IMG/VR virus record: IMGVR_UViG_3300029468_000001
Strand: one strand, 5' to 3'
Length of the DNA: 64,000 nt
From: a virus
Lineage: Duplodnaviria > Heunggongvirae > Uroviricota > Caudoviricetes
The notes under the pieces were generated by a model that saw only the letters and a list, made by a program, of their open reading frames with translations, made no database searches and was not told the DNA's origin. Position 1 is the stretch's first letter. The number at the start of each line of letters is the position of its first letter. Below are positions 38,259 to 48,380 of this stretch, one piece after another. The translations under genes and the position numbers were made by a program.

Positions 38259-38272
38259 CGAAATTTATTTCG
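38259..38272 (-). promoter_or_regulatory. palindrome CGAAAT-TT-ATTTCG just upstream of the RBS of the PP-loop gene
   Basis: seen in sequence; position suggests an operator or translational control element. Confidence 0.2.
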
Positions 38273-38421
38273 TTTCGTATGAGGTAAAGCCATACTTAGT
38301 GAGTGTCTTTTTACGTCACTATCACATTACTTTTTTCGATTTATATAGACCAACGATCCGACATATAAATCATTGTGACAACCTTTATCTAATAAAGGTA
38401 TTAAATACACATTGCCGTATT

Positions 38422-38778
38422 CTAGCCAATTGGCAGCACAGCTTCACAAATCTTTTCTATGCTATTGATTTGACAATCAATCATCTGATGTTCAGGGTGA
38501 TTGTTATTGTAATCTCTTGTAAACATATCAGCCCAGAAATCCATGTATTCATCATCTGCTTCTGAATCCATTACTGCATATCTTGTGACATTTTTATAAT
38601 TACCTTTGTCTGTCATGTAGCTTAGATCAATTTGATATACAGGCAATGTAACTTTTGTTTTAAGAAAATTCAATGGATGAACCGAAGATAGTTTATCTTT
38701 TAGTTCTTTATCGTATATTTCAAACGTATCAATTCCTGTCCTTAAATTACATTCATTAAAAAATTTGCTTGGATGCAC
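38422..38778 (-). CDS. hypothetical protein
   Basis: 118-aa ORF. Confidence 0.45.
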   Translation of the reverse strand: MHPSKFFNECNLRTGIDTFEIYDKELKDKLSSVHPLNFLKTKVTLPVYQIDLSYMTDKGNYKNVTRYAVMDSEADDEYMDFWADMFTRDYNNNHPEHQMIDCQINSIEKICEAVLPIG

Positions 38779-38847
38779 TGTTTCTCACCTCCTTCCACAC
38801 ATTGAAAAAATAATTTCATCTTTAATTTTTGCCTATTTTCATGCCTC

Positions 38848-39090
38848 TTAGAGCATTTCTGGGTGTTCATTAAACATTTTTAAAAACTTCTTCTCATCAT
38901 TTTTGTCTGCACACCACAGTTCTAACTCTTCTCCATGATCTCCTACTAAAGCTGCAACTGCTACATATTGAGTTAGTGCAGATTTAAGGTTATATTTATC
39001 ACCATATACAGATGTTAATGTTACTTCTCCTTTACATTCGTTTACTACCGCTAAGAATGTTTCTACGTTTTTAATGTTTTTAATTTTCAT
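38848..39090 (-). CDS. hypothetical protein
   Basis: 80-aa ORF. Confidence 0.45.
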   Translation of the reverse strand: MKIKNIKNVETFLAVVNECKGEVTLTSVYGDKYNLKSALTQYVAVAALVGDHGEELELWCADKNDEKKFLKMFNEHPEML

Positions 39091-39120
39091 TTATTTTATC
39101 CTCTTCTTTCTTTAATAGAT

Positions 39121-40317
39121 CTACCACTCTGTCCAGTAAGCTAAATCATTTTCACAAAGTTCTTGATATTCTTGGTCTGAATAATATCCATATAGGCAAT
39201 CATCTGAGCAAAAATATTCTTCTCCGTCATTAATTACATAACCACTACTCATAACTTCTCCACAATTTGTACAAATTCTTACATTATCAGATTTCTTAAA
39301 TACCATAATTCTTTCGTCATTATCATGGAAAGCAATAGTATTATCTCTATCATTGTGTCTATGTCCACTAACTCTAGTAATATTTTTCAACGGAAGTGTA
39401 TCAATTAATACAAATCCATTTGTTACAATATTATCTTTGACATCTTGCACTAAATGTTTACATTCTTTGTAGTTATTAACATTAATAAGGAAGTAACCAT
39501 CTTCGACTAAGTATTTATGTATATTTTGAATTGTAGGGACAAGATATGTCTCAATCCATTCCGCATATTGCATTCCTGGTTTATAAGATTGATTCCCTAT
39601 TCGATAATCTTCAAGGTTGAAATACGGTGGACTACTAAATACTACACCAATAGTATTCTCCCATTCAGGAACAAAAATCTCACTTCCAGTAGGTTTAATA
39701 TCAACGTTTGTATCTATTTTACAAACATCTTTATAATCTTTTGCCATCTGATTTAATCTGTCACATAATAGATAATTTGGATAAGTTCCAAAATAATTGA
39801 TATTATGTCGCAGAGAGCTTAATAATCTGCTACCCCCTCCACATGAATAATCGTAATAATTACCATTTATATTGTAGTTATTTAAAATTTCGTCAATTAT
39901 TTTAATAGGGAAATTACTTGGCTTACTAGCTGTTTTGAAGCCACATAGACGGAAAGCAGTTTCAATTTTCTTTCCTAGAGATAATTTATCTGGATAGACT
40001 TTTTTATTAGAATCGCACTTACCTGCGAAAAATTCAATCAAAGATTTATAATTCAACGCTTCTTCAATCGTCCAATTATTATAATAAATTCTAACTTTAG
40101 CCATTAAATCTTTTACATAATAATTTGTTATCTTATCAATTTTCATTCCACCAGATTGTAGTTTTAAAAATTGATCTTGTACTTCTTTGAAGTCTGGTTT
40201 TGTATAATATTCTTTTCTTACTTGCTCAAATTCTTCATCCGTTAAATCTTTATGAATTGTGGTATTATATGTTTTACCAAGATAATTTATTGGATATGGT
40301 TTCTTATTATCTTTCAA
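39121..40317 (-). CDS. DNA methyltransferase (N6-adenine or N4-cytosine; SPPY motif IV) with C-terminal zinc ribbon
   Basis: motif I YDYSCGGGS then motif IV VVFSSPPYFNLEDY; C-terminal CTNCGEV...CSDDC. Confidence 0.7.
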   Translation of the reverse strand: MKDNKKPYPINYLGKTYNTTIHKDLTDEEFEQVRKEYYTKPDFKEVQDQFLKLQSGGMKIDKITNYYVKDLMAKVRIYYNNWTIEEALNYKSLIEFFAGKCDSNKKVYPDKLSLGKKIETAFRLCGFKTASKPSNFPIKIIDEILNNYNINGNYYDYSCGGGSRLLSSLRHNINYFGTYPNYLLCDRLNQMAKDYKDVCKIDTNVDIKPTGSEIFVPEWENTIGVVFSSPPYFNLEDYRIGNQSYKPGMQYAEWIETYLVPTIQNIHKYLVEDGYFLINVNNYKECKHLVQDVKDNIVTNGFVLIDTLPLKNITRVSGHRHNDRDNTIAFHDNDERIMVFKKSDNVRICTNCGEVMSSGYVINDGEEYFCSDDCLYGYYSDQEYQELCENDLAYWTEW

Positions 40318-40533
40318 TATTCGTCCCTAAAGTGCTGCGCAGCTTACCTCATGAGACTATGTATTCCTTTCTTCTATCAATTATTTCTTTCATGTGATAT
40401 ATTAAATCACTAATATTTATGCGGTTTCAGCGTCCCAAAACCACATGATTCTATGTATTTTATTCATGTTATCTCTTTCATAAGTCAGTAAAATTAATGA
40501 TTTTCAAGACTACGATGAAAGAAATATTTTATG

Positions 40534-40803
40534 TTATTCCTCAGTAATACAACTATTTGTAAGCTTCTTATATACATCATCATACAACTCTTGCTTATCG
40601 CCATTATATGTATATTCTGCATAAATTCCATCACCAGAAATCGTAGTAGAAGCAAGTAACTTATAATTCTGCAAAGTCTTACAACTCCATACTACAAACG
40701 TATCAGTCAAATCAATCTCTACTTCTGGACGATTCTTGTGATACCATTCTACTAATTTCTTTAAACATACTTTCTGAAAGTGATTCATTCCTGTAATAAT
40801 CAT
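40534..40803 (-). CDS. hypothetical protein
   Basis: 89-aa ORF. Confidence 0.45.
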   Translation of the reverse strand: MIITGMNHFQKVCLKKLVEWYHKNRPEVEIDLTDTFVVWSCKTLQNYKLLASTTISGDGIYAEYTYNGDKQELYDDVYKKLTNSCITEE

Positions 40804-40809
40804 AAATTT

Positions 40810-41265
40810 TTAATCCTCCACTGGTTCATATTTTTTAAACAATCCGCCCATTATCAAATGATTAAATTTAGCCAAATCCATTGCGCAAGCTACAACATTA
40901 TGAGGTGTAGAAGCTCCAATAAATTCACATAAATATTCTGTTAATGATGAATATTTAATATCTGTTGATATTTCTTCATCCCAAGATTTTCTAATCCATC
41001 CAATCATTTTATGATTATTGATTATTACTTCTCCTTTATCAAGTGAATATAATACACTACCACTACTACTTCTCCACCAAGCATCTTCACCAGCAAATTT
41101 AACAAAACCTTCTTCTGACATATTTGAAATCATATTAAATATTTCATCATCCATTAACCAAACTTCATATCTATTACTTTTGTATGTACATACTGCTCCA
41201 TATTCTTTTGGATAATCCAGTACAAAAAAGAATTGCTCAAGGTTATTACCTAAAATCTCTTTCAT
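40810..41265 (-). CDS. hypothetical protein
   Basis: 151-aa ORF. Confidence 0.5.
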   Translation of the reverse strand: MKEILGNNLEQFFFVLDYPKEYGAVCTYKSNRYEVWLMDDEIFNMISNMSEEGFVKFAGEDAWWRSSSGSVLYSLDKGEVIINNHKMIGWIRKSWDEEISTDIKYSSLTEYLCEFIGASTPHNVVACAMDLAKFNHLIMGGLFKKYEPVED

Positions 41266-41269
41266 TTTC

Positions 41270-41623
41270 TCACCACCCTAAATACCGAAACCATTTTGCA
41301 AATAATGTCAATCCTTCTTGAATCTTATCATTCAATTCATTGTATTTATCCATCCAATCGGAATCCTTAAAATTTATAGACACATATATCTCATAATCAT
41401 TAGCAACTTGCTCGAATGACCAAATCATTTTATCCAATAGAGCATCCCATTTCTCAGGTGTATTCGCTTCGCCATATCCAGGATAAGCAATGGTTAATTT
41501 CTTATACATCTTTAATCTTGGAAGAACATATTTTGCAATATTACAATCCAGATTCCATGTTTCTTTTGGATTTATATACAATCCTTGTTTCTTTAACCGC
41601 TTTTTATGTACTCTTTTATTCAT
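41270..41623 (-). CDS. hypothetical protein
   Basis: 117-aa ORF. Confidence 0.45.
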   Translation of the reverse strand: MNKRVHKKRLKKQGLYINPKETWNLDCNIAKYVLPRLKMYKKLTIAYPGYGEANTPEKWDALLDKMIWSFEQVANDYEIYVSINFKDSDWMDKYNELNDKIQEGLTLFAKWFRYLGW

Positions 41624-41636
41624 AAAATATCACCCA

Positions 41637-42026
41637 TCATAATATTCCAATTAAAACCCACCATGTAACAATAACCTGAATAATGTGGATCATTTGGTCT
41701 TGAATTAAATTAATTTTCTTTTCATTAGCTTTAAAATTGTCTACAAACATATGTATCAATAAATTAACAATTAATAATACAGGTTTCCATATTCCACCAA
41801 TTACCATAAGAGCAATTGTTGGTGATAACATAATCATAAATGACCAACTAAAGCTATGCATAAATAACGCTGCTAGGTAATCATATTTATATAATTTCTC
41901 TGGTGCGTTCTTTTCCCACCATGATTTTTGTTTAGCGGATGCCAACCATCCTTGTAAATAATAATCATCTACAATGTGGCAGAAAATCATAGTAAATAAG
42001 ATAAATATTTTATATGCAATATTCAT
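41637..42026 (-). CDS. multi-pass membrane protein
   Basis: three to four hydrophobic helices. Confidence 0.5.
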   Translation of the reverse strand: MNIAYKIFILFTMIFCHIVDDYYLQGWLASAKQKSWWEKNAPEKLYKYDYLAALFMHSFSWSFMIMLSPTIALMVIGGIWKPVLLIVNLLIHMFVDNFKANEKKINLIQDQMIHIIQVIVTWWVLIGIL

Positions 42027-42051
42027 ATTTTACCTCCATGAAATCGAGATT

Positions 42052-42243
42052 TCAAAACCACACTTCATCTATTTCTTTATCCATTATAATTTGAATCTTA
42101 ATGGCAGGTTTGGTTGTTTCTGCGACACCATAACCAGCTGCTACATTATCGTAGCTTATATGAACGCATTCTGTACCAATCTCAAATCTTTCAGCTACAA
42201 CACTTACAATATCTTTTTCGTTTAATTCATAGATTGTTTTCAT
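42052..42243 (-). CDS. hypothetical protein
   Basis: 63-aa ORF. Confidence 0.4.
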   Translation of the reverse strand: MKTIYELNEKDIVSVVAERFEIGTECVHISYDNVAAGYGVAETTKPAIKIQIIMDKEIDEVWF

Positions 42244-42263
42244 ATTTCATCTTCTCCTTTTTG

Positions 42264-42506
42264 TTAAATTGAATAATCATATCGCCAGGCTACAATATCT
42301 ATATCACTGCGCCACCCATCGCATCCATCAGCGTCTAGTACATAAGCATAATAACAATATCCTGTCCATTGATGGTATTTAAATTCTCTACCATCTTTGT
42401 CTTTTACAATAATCCATTTATTCTCTTCTGGGTAATCTTCTCGATCATGCCACTTTAATCTGATTATTTTTGTACTCAATATTTCCAATTTCAAATTCTC
42501 CTTCAC
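42264..42506 (-). CDS. hypothetical protein
   Basis: 80-aa ORF. Confidence 0.4.
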   Translation of the reverse strand: MKENLKLEILSTKIIRLKWHDREDYPEENKWIIVKDKDGREFKYHQWTGYCYYAYVLDADGCDGWRSDIDIVAWRYDYSI

Positions 42507-42596
42507 TTGTAAGAACTATAGCATTTGTACTTTCAAGGATAATCGTAGGTAATTTATCCAATGTTTTCCATAACTCTAATAACGTCATTTGCTCAC

Positions 42597-42872
42597 CTAT
42601 AATTTCTTCCATAATTCTTTTGATCTAGTATCTTCTTTCAAACAATCATATTTCGCCATTCCAATAGATTCGTGCTCTAAAACTCTCCAAATGGCTTTAA
42701 AAATATTTCTTTCACAAGAACTAATATTTCCTGCTGTGACTGAAAATCTTAATCCTTCTTTAAAATCAAACCACATAATAGTTTCGATTTTAGTCCTTGC
42801 TTTACGATCGCATCTCCATGCAAGAGGTGATTCCGTTTCTTTGTAAAATAATACCTTTTTATATGTCTTCAT
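42597..42872 (-). CDS. hypothetical protein
   Basis: 91-aa ORF. Confidence 0.45.
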   Translation of the reverse strand: MKTYKKVLFYKETESPLAWRCDRKARTKIETIMWFDFKEGLRFSVTAGNISSCERNIFKAIWRVLEHESIGMAKYDCLKEDTRSKELWKKL

Positions 42873-42873
42873 A

Positions 42874-43155
42874 TTAGTTACAATCCCCTAACGCTTTAAT
42901 TACTCTTTGTGCCTGTTTCTCTAACTCAACTTCTACTTTTGCCTTGATGTATTCTTCTACTGGATCAACACCTACTTCAATATCAATCACATCGTTATCA
43001 TACGGTTCACCAGTTAATTCTTCTCCATATGTAATTTCTTCAAACGGAATAACATAATATTCGCCTGTTTCACCATCTACACAGCTAAATGTCAATTCAG
43101 TATTCTCATCATAACCGATTTCTTGTAATTTTCTTATTAATTCCGCAACTTTCAT
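42874..43155 (-). CDS. hypothetical protein
   Basis: 93-aa ORF. Confidence 0.45.
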   Translation of the reverse strand: MKVAELIRKLQEIGYDENTELTFSCVDGETGEYYVIPFEEITYGEELTGEPYDNDVIDIEVGVDPVEEYIKAKVEVELEKQAQRVIKALGDCN

Positions 43156-43452
43156 TTATCCAATTCCTCTCTTTTTACACAATTTTCTTAATGAATCTTC
43201 TGTATATAATTTCCCTGTATCTTGTAGCCATTTTACAAATTCATCCTTATCTTGAAAACAATGAGAACATCCATAATATTCATAGTAATGTTCCCAAAAA
43301 TATTTCAAATAACTACAATGATACATTAGTTCTCTTCTAAATTCTTTATGACATTTCTCACATTGATACCATAAAAATAAAGGTCTTATTTTCTTTACAC
43401 TAATAGAATCCATATGCTCTTTTATGTATCTTTCTGCGGGATCACGTTTCAT
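43156..43452 (-). CDS. hypothetical Cys/His-rich protein
   Basis: 98-aa ORF. Confidence 0.45.
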   Translation of the reverse strand: MKRDPAERYIKEHMDSISVKKIRPLFLWYQCEKCHKEFRRELMYHCSYLKYFWEHYYEYYGCSHCFQDKDEFVKWLQDTGKLYTEDSLRKLCKKRGIG

Positions 43453-43766
43453 TTCTTATCACCATCTTTCTTTATACCTATATTCGCTATTTTATAAATG
43501 AATTTTGTGAATTTTCTATTGTCTTTTCGTTTCTCATGTCTTTTTCGAAGAATTTCAAATACGATAAGACAAACGACAATTAAAAATGTGAATCCTCCCA
43601 TAAGAATAAAACCCATAACATGATATATTTCTCCTTCAAAATAATTCTCATCATATGATTCTCCTCTCATATCATGTACACACATAATCGTTACTGATAA
43701 TAGTCCTATGAGTAACCATATACATGCAATTATGATATACTCTTTACCTTCAAACGTTTTTCTCAC
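43449..43766 (-). CDS. small membrane protein
   Basis: two hydrophobic helices. Confidence 0.45.
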   Translation of the reverse strand: MRKTFEGKEYIIIACIWLLIGLLSVTIMCVHDMRGESYDENYFEGEIYHVMGFILMGGFTFLIVVCLIVFEILRKRHEKRKDNRKFTKFIYKIANIGIKKDGDKK

Positions 43767-43795
43767 CTCCTCTGAAACGTTTGTTTCATGTGATG

Positions 43796-44131
43796 CTAGA
43801 CCATCACTTTATCATTGATTTCTTTAATTTTAGTTCTCATATAATATCTCAAATCTTCTCTAAGTTCACGATTGCACATAATCTGTTTAATATCGTTTGA
43901 AAATTCAGTAACCATTTTATTAACAATCTTATCTGCCATTTCTTCTTCTAATCGTGATATAATTTTCTCTTTTACTTTTTCAATATCAATTTTTTCATAA
44001 CATTCTTTAAGGATTTCGTATGGAACTTCATACCTATTATCGTAACTAATTTTAATAAGATCATGGTGTGAAATGTCATTGATAATCTTTTTCTGGATTA
44101 AATCATTAAATTTTTCTTCAAAATTTACCAT
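43796..44131 (-). CDS. hypothetical protein
   Basis: 111-aa ORF. Confidence 0.45.
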   Translation of the reverse strand: MVNFEEKFNDLIQKKIINDISHHDLIKISYDNRYEVPYEILKECYEKIDIEKVKEKIISRLEEEMADKIVNKMVTEFSNDIKQIMCNRELREDLRYYMRTKIKEINDKVMV

Positions 44132-44186
44132 TTGATCACCTCTCTATTCAATTATATTTTTTATGGAATTTTGAGTAGAAACGCTC

Positions 44187-44474
44187 TTAGATTTCACCTT
44201 TTACTACTCTTTCGTTTACAGAAGCTACAAACTCATTAATCTTTTTATAATCTGGACTATCTGGCAAATCGGTATTCTCTTTTGCATAATCTAATCTCTT
44301 TTCATATTCATCTACCATTTCATAAAATTCTGGAACAGGTTGCCTATTTTCATCTAAATATTTACCATTACGAATATCCATAAGTAAATTATACTCTTTA
44401 TCTCTATAGGTATTGATTTCTCCTTTTTCAAGAATATCCAGGCACATCATATATAATCTAATCAAATGCATCAT
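44187..44474 (-). CDS. hypothetical protein
   Basis: 95-aa ORF upstream of the nucleotidyltransferase. Confidence 0.45.
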   Translation of the reverse strand: MMHLIRLYMMCLDILEKGEINTYRDKEYNLLMDIRNGKYLDENRQPVPEFYEMVDEYEKRLDYAKENTDLPDSPDYKKINEFVASVNERVVKGEI

Positions 44475-44507
44475 ATGCTTACCTAATTTGTTTGCTTCAA
44501 TCGCTTT

Positions 44508-45215
44508 TTAATTTCGTTTACCAATCTTGCCATATGCTTTTACAATAGATTGCATTTCAGAAATCATACCAGAATAATCTCTTAGAGGATAATGTGTTAA
44601 ATTCACATCCATAAAAATTTCCGTATCGTATCCTTCTTGAACTGCTTTATCAATATATAATTTAATCGCATCCTCTGGCATTGTAAAATGTCTTTGTTTA
44701 AACTCAAACATTGCATGATCAATTGTCTTAAAGATATGTTCTTCGTTTTTAGCCTGTCCAACTAATCTATTTGACTTATTCTCCAACCTACGGAGTTGCT
44801 GGTTAGCATAGCCACCAAAAGAATAAATTGCTTTCTTCGATAGAAATAAATTCTTATTATCAATAAATTCTCTACCAATTGGTGATACATAAAAATAATG
44901 TTCATGTTTATTACCCAGCATTTCAATTGTGTTAGGATTGCAGTTACATAACAGAGAAATTAATTTATTAAATGCATAAATTGTGGTATCTGTTTTCTCA
45001 TTTACAAATTGTTCAAAATTTTCATTTGTAAGAATTTGCATTTTACTATTCAACGCACATCCTCTAATATCAAGATCACTTGTTTCAGTATTTGTACCAT
45101 AAGCGTGACTTCCACCAAGTGTAAGAATAATAATATTGTTACCTAAATTCTTATCTTTTCGTAAGAAAACGTATTCTTCACCTCTTAATTTTTCTTTAAT
45201 CTTTTCTATTGTCAT
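44508..45215 (-). CDS. Pol-beta-superfamily nucleotidyltransferase
   Basis: LTLGGSHAYGTNTETSDLDIRG matches the G[GS]x9-13Dx[DE] NTase signature. Confidence 0.55.
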   Translation of the reverse strand: MTIEKIKEKLRGEEYVFLRKDKNLGNNIIILTLGGSHAYGTNTETSDLDIRGCALNSKMQILTNENFEQFVNEKTDTTIYAFNKLISLLCNCNPNTIEMLGNKHEHYFYVSPIGREFIDNKNLFLSKKAIYSFGGYANQQLRRLENKSNRLVGQAKNEEHIFKTIDHAMFEFKQRHFTMPEDAIKLYIDKAVQEGYDTEIFMDVNLTHYPLRDYSGMISEMQSIVKAYGKIGKRN

Positions 45216-45256
45216 AAAAATTCACCTCTTGTTTATGAATGAAAGTTTACTTTCAA

Positions 45257-45943
45257 CTAATTATCTTTTTCAACAAATTCACAACTTAGCATTCTAACAG
45301 AAGCTAACATTTCAGTAATATCATCTGCACTCTCAATTTCAACATTGCAAGCCTGACCAAATTCATCAAACATTACAAGCTCAGAATTTTTAATAATCCC
45401 ATAGAAAATATTATCTTCGTCAGAATCATCTTCCAATATATCGGATATATTATCTTCTAATTCTTTTATAAAATCGTACATAGGAATATTATTGCTTTTA
45501 TACTCAATAACAACTCTTGAAGTCAGCCCATCAGCAGCAAACAAAAGTTCATATTTACATTTGTGGTATCCGTTTACATAGGTTCCATGACTAATATAAT
45601 TTTCAATTTCTGTCGGAAGATTCTTTGTGCTTTCCTCTATATCATACATTACAAAATAATCAATTACTTCTTTTTCTTCATGATTTTCTGTTAAAATCAA
45701 ATGCCTCTTTTCTTGAATGCTTTTACATGTATTTTTGTACATATCAAAATATGATGTATTATTTTCATCATGATCTTTCTTAAAAAATGATTTATACACA
45801 TCATCATCTACATAATATCTACCAATACATTCTCCATAACTATCTGGAATTACTTTACCATTAAGTTCTAAACCAATTTTATTTGAAAGTAATCCAAATC
45901 CCATACCTTCTAAGTCTTCTCTTGCAATTGCAGTTAGTTTCAC
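45257..45943 (-). CDS. hypothetical protein
   Basis: 228-aa ORF. Confidence 0.5.
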   Translation of the reverse strand: MKLTAIAREDLEGMGFGLLSNKIGLELNGKVIPDSYGECIGRYYVDDDVYKSFFKKDHDENNTSYFDMYKNTCKSIQEKRHLILTENHEEKEVIDYFVMYDIEESTKNLPTEIENYISHGTYVNGYHKCKYELLFAADGLTSRVVIEYKSNNIPMYDFIKELEDNISDILEDDSDEDNIFYGIIKNSELVMFDEFGQACNVEIESADDITEMLASVRMLSCEFVEKDN

Positions 45944-45962
45944 TTATCTTTTACCTCTCAAT

Positions 45963-46139
45963 CTATTTTATTTCTTTTAATATCTTCTCTGTTACATGGT
46001 ATCTCTCATTTAAATCAATATTACATTGAGTTTCACCATTTATATCATTTAAAGAGCCTTTACAATATGGTGTAAGAAGTTTATTCAATGCAAGTATAAT
46101 AATTTTCTGATTTTCAAAAAGTTCTTTTCCATAATTCAT
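45963..46139 (-). CDS. small hypothetical protein (58 aa)
   Basis: ATGA overlap with upstream gene stop (translational coupling). Confidence 0.4.
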   Translation of the reverse strand: MNYGKELFENQKIIILALNKLLTPYCKGSLNDINGETQCNIDLNERYHVTEKILKEIK

Positions 46140-46435
46140 TTCTTATTTCTTCCTGCAATTTCTCTCAAACAATCATTCCAACCATCAGCATATCCATCTT
46201 CCCATTCATCAGGATAATGATTTTCATGATCTTCTTCTGGCAATGGCTTTAACGGACACCAATCAGGCTTACCTTGACAATATCCATATTCACAATCAAT
46301 TTTCTTCATGATGCTTGTGTCTTTATCGTCATCTGAGATTGAACAACATGATTCAACACCTTCATCTAATTCATAACAGAATTGACAATCTAAGCAGTTC
46401 TCTGGTGTATCAATCACTAATACTGATTTACTCAT
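46136..46435 (-). CDS. hypothetical Cys-rich acidic protein
   Basis: 99-aa ORF. Confidence 0.45.
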   Translation of the reverse strand: MSKSVLVIDTPENCLDCQFCYELDEGVESCCSISDDDKDTSIMKKIDCEYGYCQGKPDWCPLKPLPEEDHENHYPDEWEDGYADGWNDCLREIAGRNKK

Positions 46436-46710
46436 TCAAGTCCACCGCCCTTCACAATTTCTATCGCCCTGCTCAGTCCAGCATTATATCCTTGATGTAC
46501 GTCAGATAAGATACATTCTGATTCAACGAATTTATCTCTTTTCAATTCACTAATAATCTTGTCCACATCAAAAGCTGTCGGCTGTTCGTCAATAGCCATC
46601 ATTGTACTCACCAAAGCAACATCCACATCAATCATTTCTTCTTCTGGTTCTAATGGTTTTAAACATTTTATTATATTATCTTTTAATAAGTCTGCATCAA
46701 TCAGTCTCAT
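46432..46710 (-). CDS. hypothetical protein
   Basis: 92-aa ORF. Confidence 0.45.
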   Translation of the reverse strand: MRLIDADLLKDNIIKCLKPLEPEEEMIDVDVALVSTMMAIDEQPTAFDVDKIISELKRDKFVESECILSDVHQGYNAGLSRAIEIVKGGGLE

Positions 46711-46793
46711 TCTTTATTTCTCCCAATCAAAATACATCCACTAAGTAACACCATAAATAACAATTCTACAATTACTGTAAATCCATTCATTTA

Positions 46794-47150
46794 TTATTCC
46801 TCATTTTCTTTAAACGCATATTGAATAGCTTCACTAAAACAACATCCACCGTTGTAATATCTAACATTGTATTTATATTCTTCATCCTGTAACTTTGTCA
46901 GATCAAAAGTTGACTCATCATAATCAATTTGTTGTTTTGACATAATCTTATACACATTTTTATTAACAACTACATAATAATCATAAAATTCATATATAAG
47001 ATATTCTTCCCATGTGTCATAATAACTCGGCAAATTCTCATCACAACCAGGACAAGTTAATGCAACTCTTTTACAAAAATCACCATATGTTTCATTTTCT
47101 TTTTTGTGAATTAATTTTAGTTTACCTTTATAATTTACATACTCACTCAT
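46794..47150 (-). CDS. hypothetical protein
   Basis: 118-aa ORF. Confidence 0.45.
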   Translation of the reverse strand: MSEYVNYKGKLKLIHKKENETYGDFCKRVALTCPGCDENLPSYYDTWEEYLIYEFYDYYVVVNKNVYKIMSKQQIDYDESTFDLTKLQDEEYKYNVRYYNGGCCFSEAIQYAFKENEE

Positions 47151-47157
47151 AATTTAC

Positions 47158-47481
47158 TTACTCCTCGTTTTTATCCGTATAATATCTACCAAAAACCATA
47201 TTAAATAAATAGCCTAAAATTAATATTCTCTTTAATTGATTTGGAGATACTGGACGTAAATCCATAAATGCACCTAAAATTTCAGTTGTTTCAAAATCCA
47301 TCATATGATAATCGCAACTATTTGGATCAGATATTCCATGTGTGAAATATAATTCATCTTCACTTTGTAATCTTTGTGGTTCAAAAGTTTGTTCATAAAT
47401 TAATTTATAAACAGACATTGGAATTTTATCAAATAATTCTAATTCAAACATATTTCTCACCTCATGAAAGACGCAATTCAT
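47158..47481 (-). CDS. hypothetical protein
   Basis: 107-aa ORF. Confidence 0.45.
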   Translation of the reverse strand: MNCVFHEVRNMFELELFDKIPMSVYKLIYEQTFEPQRLQSEDELYFTHGISDPNSCDYHMMDFETTEILGAFMDLRPVSPNQLKRILILGYLFNMVFGRYYTDKNEE

Positions 47482-48380
47482 CGCCTAATAACATTAAACA
47501 TATCGTCTACTGAATCAAGCAAATCATATCTTTTATCAAATGGAGCAGTAGAACTTTTTGCAAATTTTTTCTCTACCATATCAATGTAATATGTAAATTC
47601 AGAATCTCGTCCCATGTAAAATTCATCCCATTCTTCCTGTGTTAATAATCTTTTTACATTCAACTGTTCAATAGCAAGATTATCAAAACTTACTACATTA
47701 AATTTCTGAATAATATCTTCAAGATTTTCATATAACCATTGCTGTTTGACTTCAATGTTGTTCTGTTCTGTCTCAAAATACTCATTACCTCTACGCAGAT
47801 GCTTATATCCAAGAATTAACATCTTTAAATTATTATTCTCTAATGCTTTTATATCTGATGATTTCAATACGCCATTAATTACGTGAATAACTGCATTTGG
47901 ATATTGTTTAATAAGTTCAATGAAATGTTTTGTGGGATTTACTAGCGAAACGCCAAGACCATAAATTAATTTCTCATCAACTAACTTTTTAATTAATTCC
48001 TGTTTCTTTTCAAAATGGATCTGATTAACAGTCATATTTGCAATCACTTTTTGTTCTTTTAGCTTTTGTAAGAATGGAATTAAATCAGGATGGCTGGTTG
48101 CATCTCCACCACCAATCGCAATTTCTTGGTATGGATGCAATGTATCAATAAATTTTTCATTTAAAATATCGCCATGCTTACCGTTTATAGAACTTCCCTC
48201 ATGACACCAGGCACATCCACCATCACATTTGTTGGTCAACTTAATATCCATGTTTTCAGCAAAACTAGGAATAAATTCATCATCTTTTGTTTCCCTAATT
48301 TTTGTCTCATCACTCAAAATAGTTGTCACAAAGTTACCGTTTTTATATCTTCCTAATAATTCCATTCTTACTTCCTCCAA
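47478..48380 (-). CDS. radical SAM enzyme of unknown specificity
   Basis: CxxxCxxC cluster LTNKCDGGCAWCHEG; GGE-like IAIGGGDAT. Confidence 0.7.
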   Translation of the reverse strand: MEEVRMELLGRYKNGNFVTTILSDETKIRETKDDEFIPSFAENMDIKLTNKCDGGCAWCHEGSSINGKHGDILNEKFIDTLHPYQEIAIGGGDATSHPDLIPFLQKLKEQKVIANMTVNQIHFEKKQELIKKLVDEKLIYGLGVSLVNPTKHFIELIKQYPNAVIHVINGVLKSSDIKALENNNLKMLILGYKHLRRGNEYFETEQNNIEVKQQWLYENLEDIIQKFNVVSFDNLAIEQLNVKRLLTQEEWDEFYMGRDSEFTYYIDMVEKKFAKSSTAPFDKRYDLLDSVDDMFNVIRR

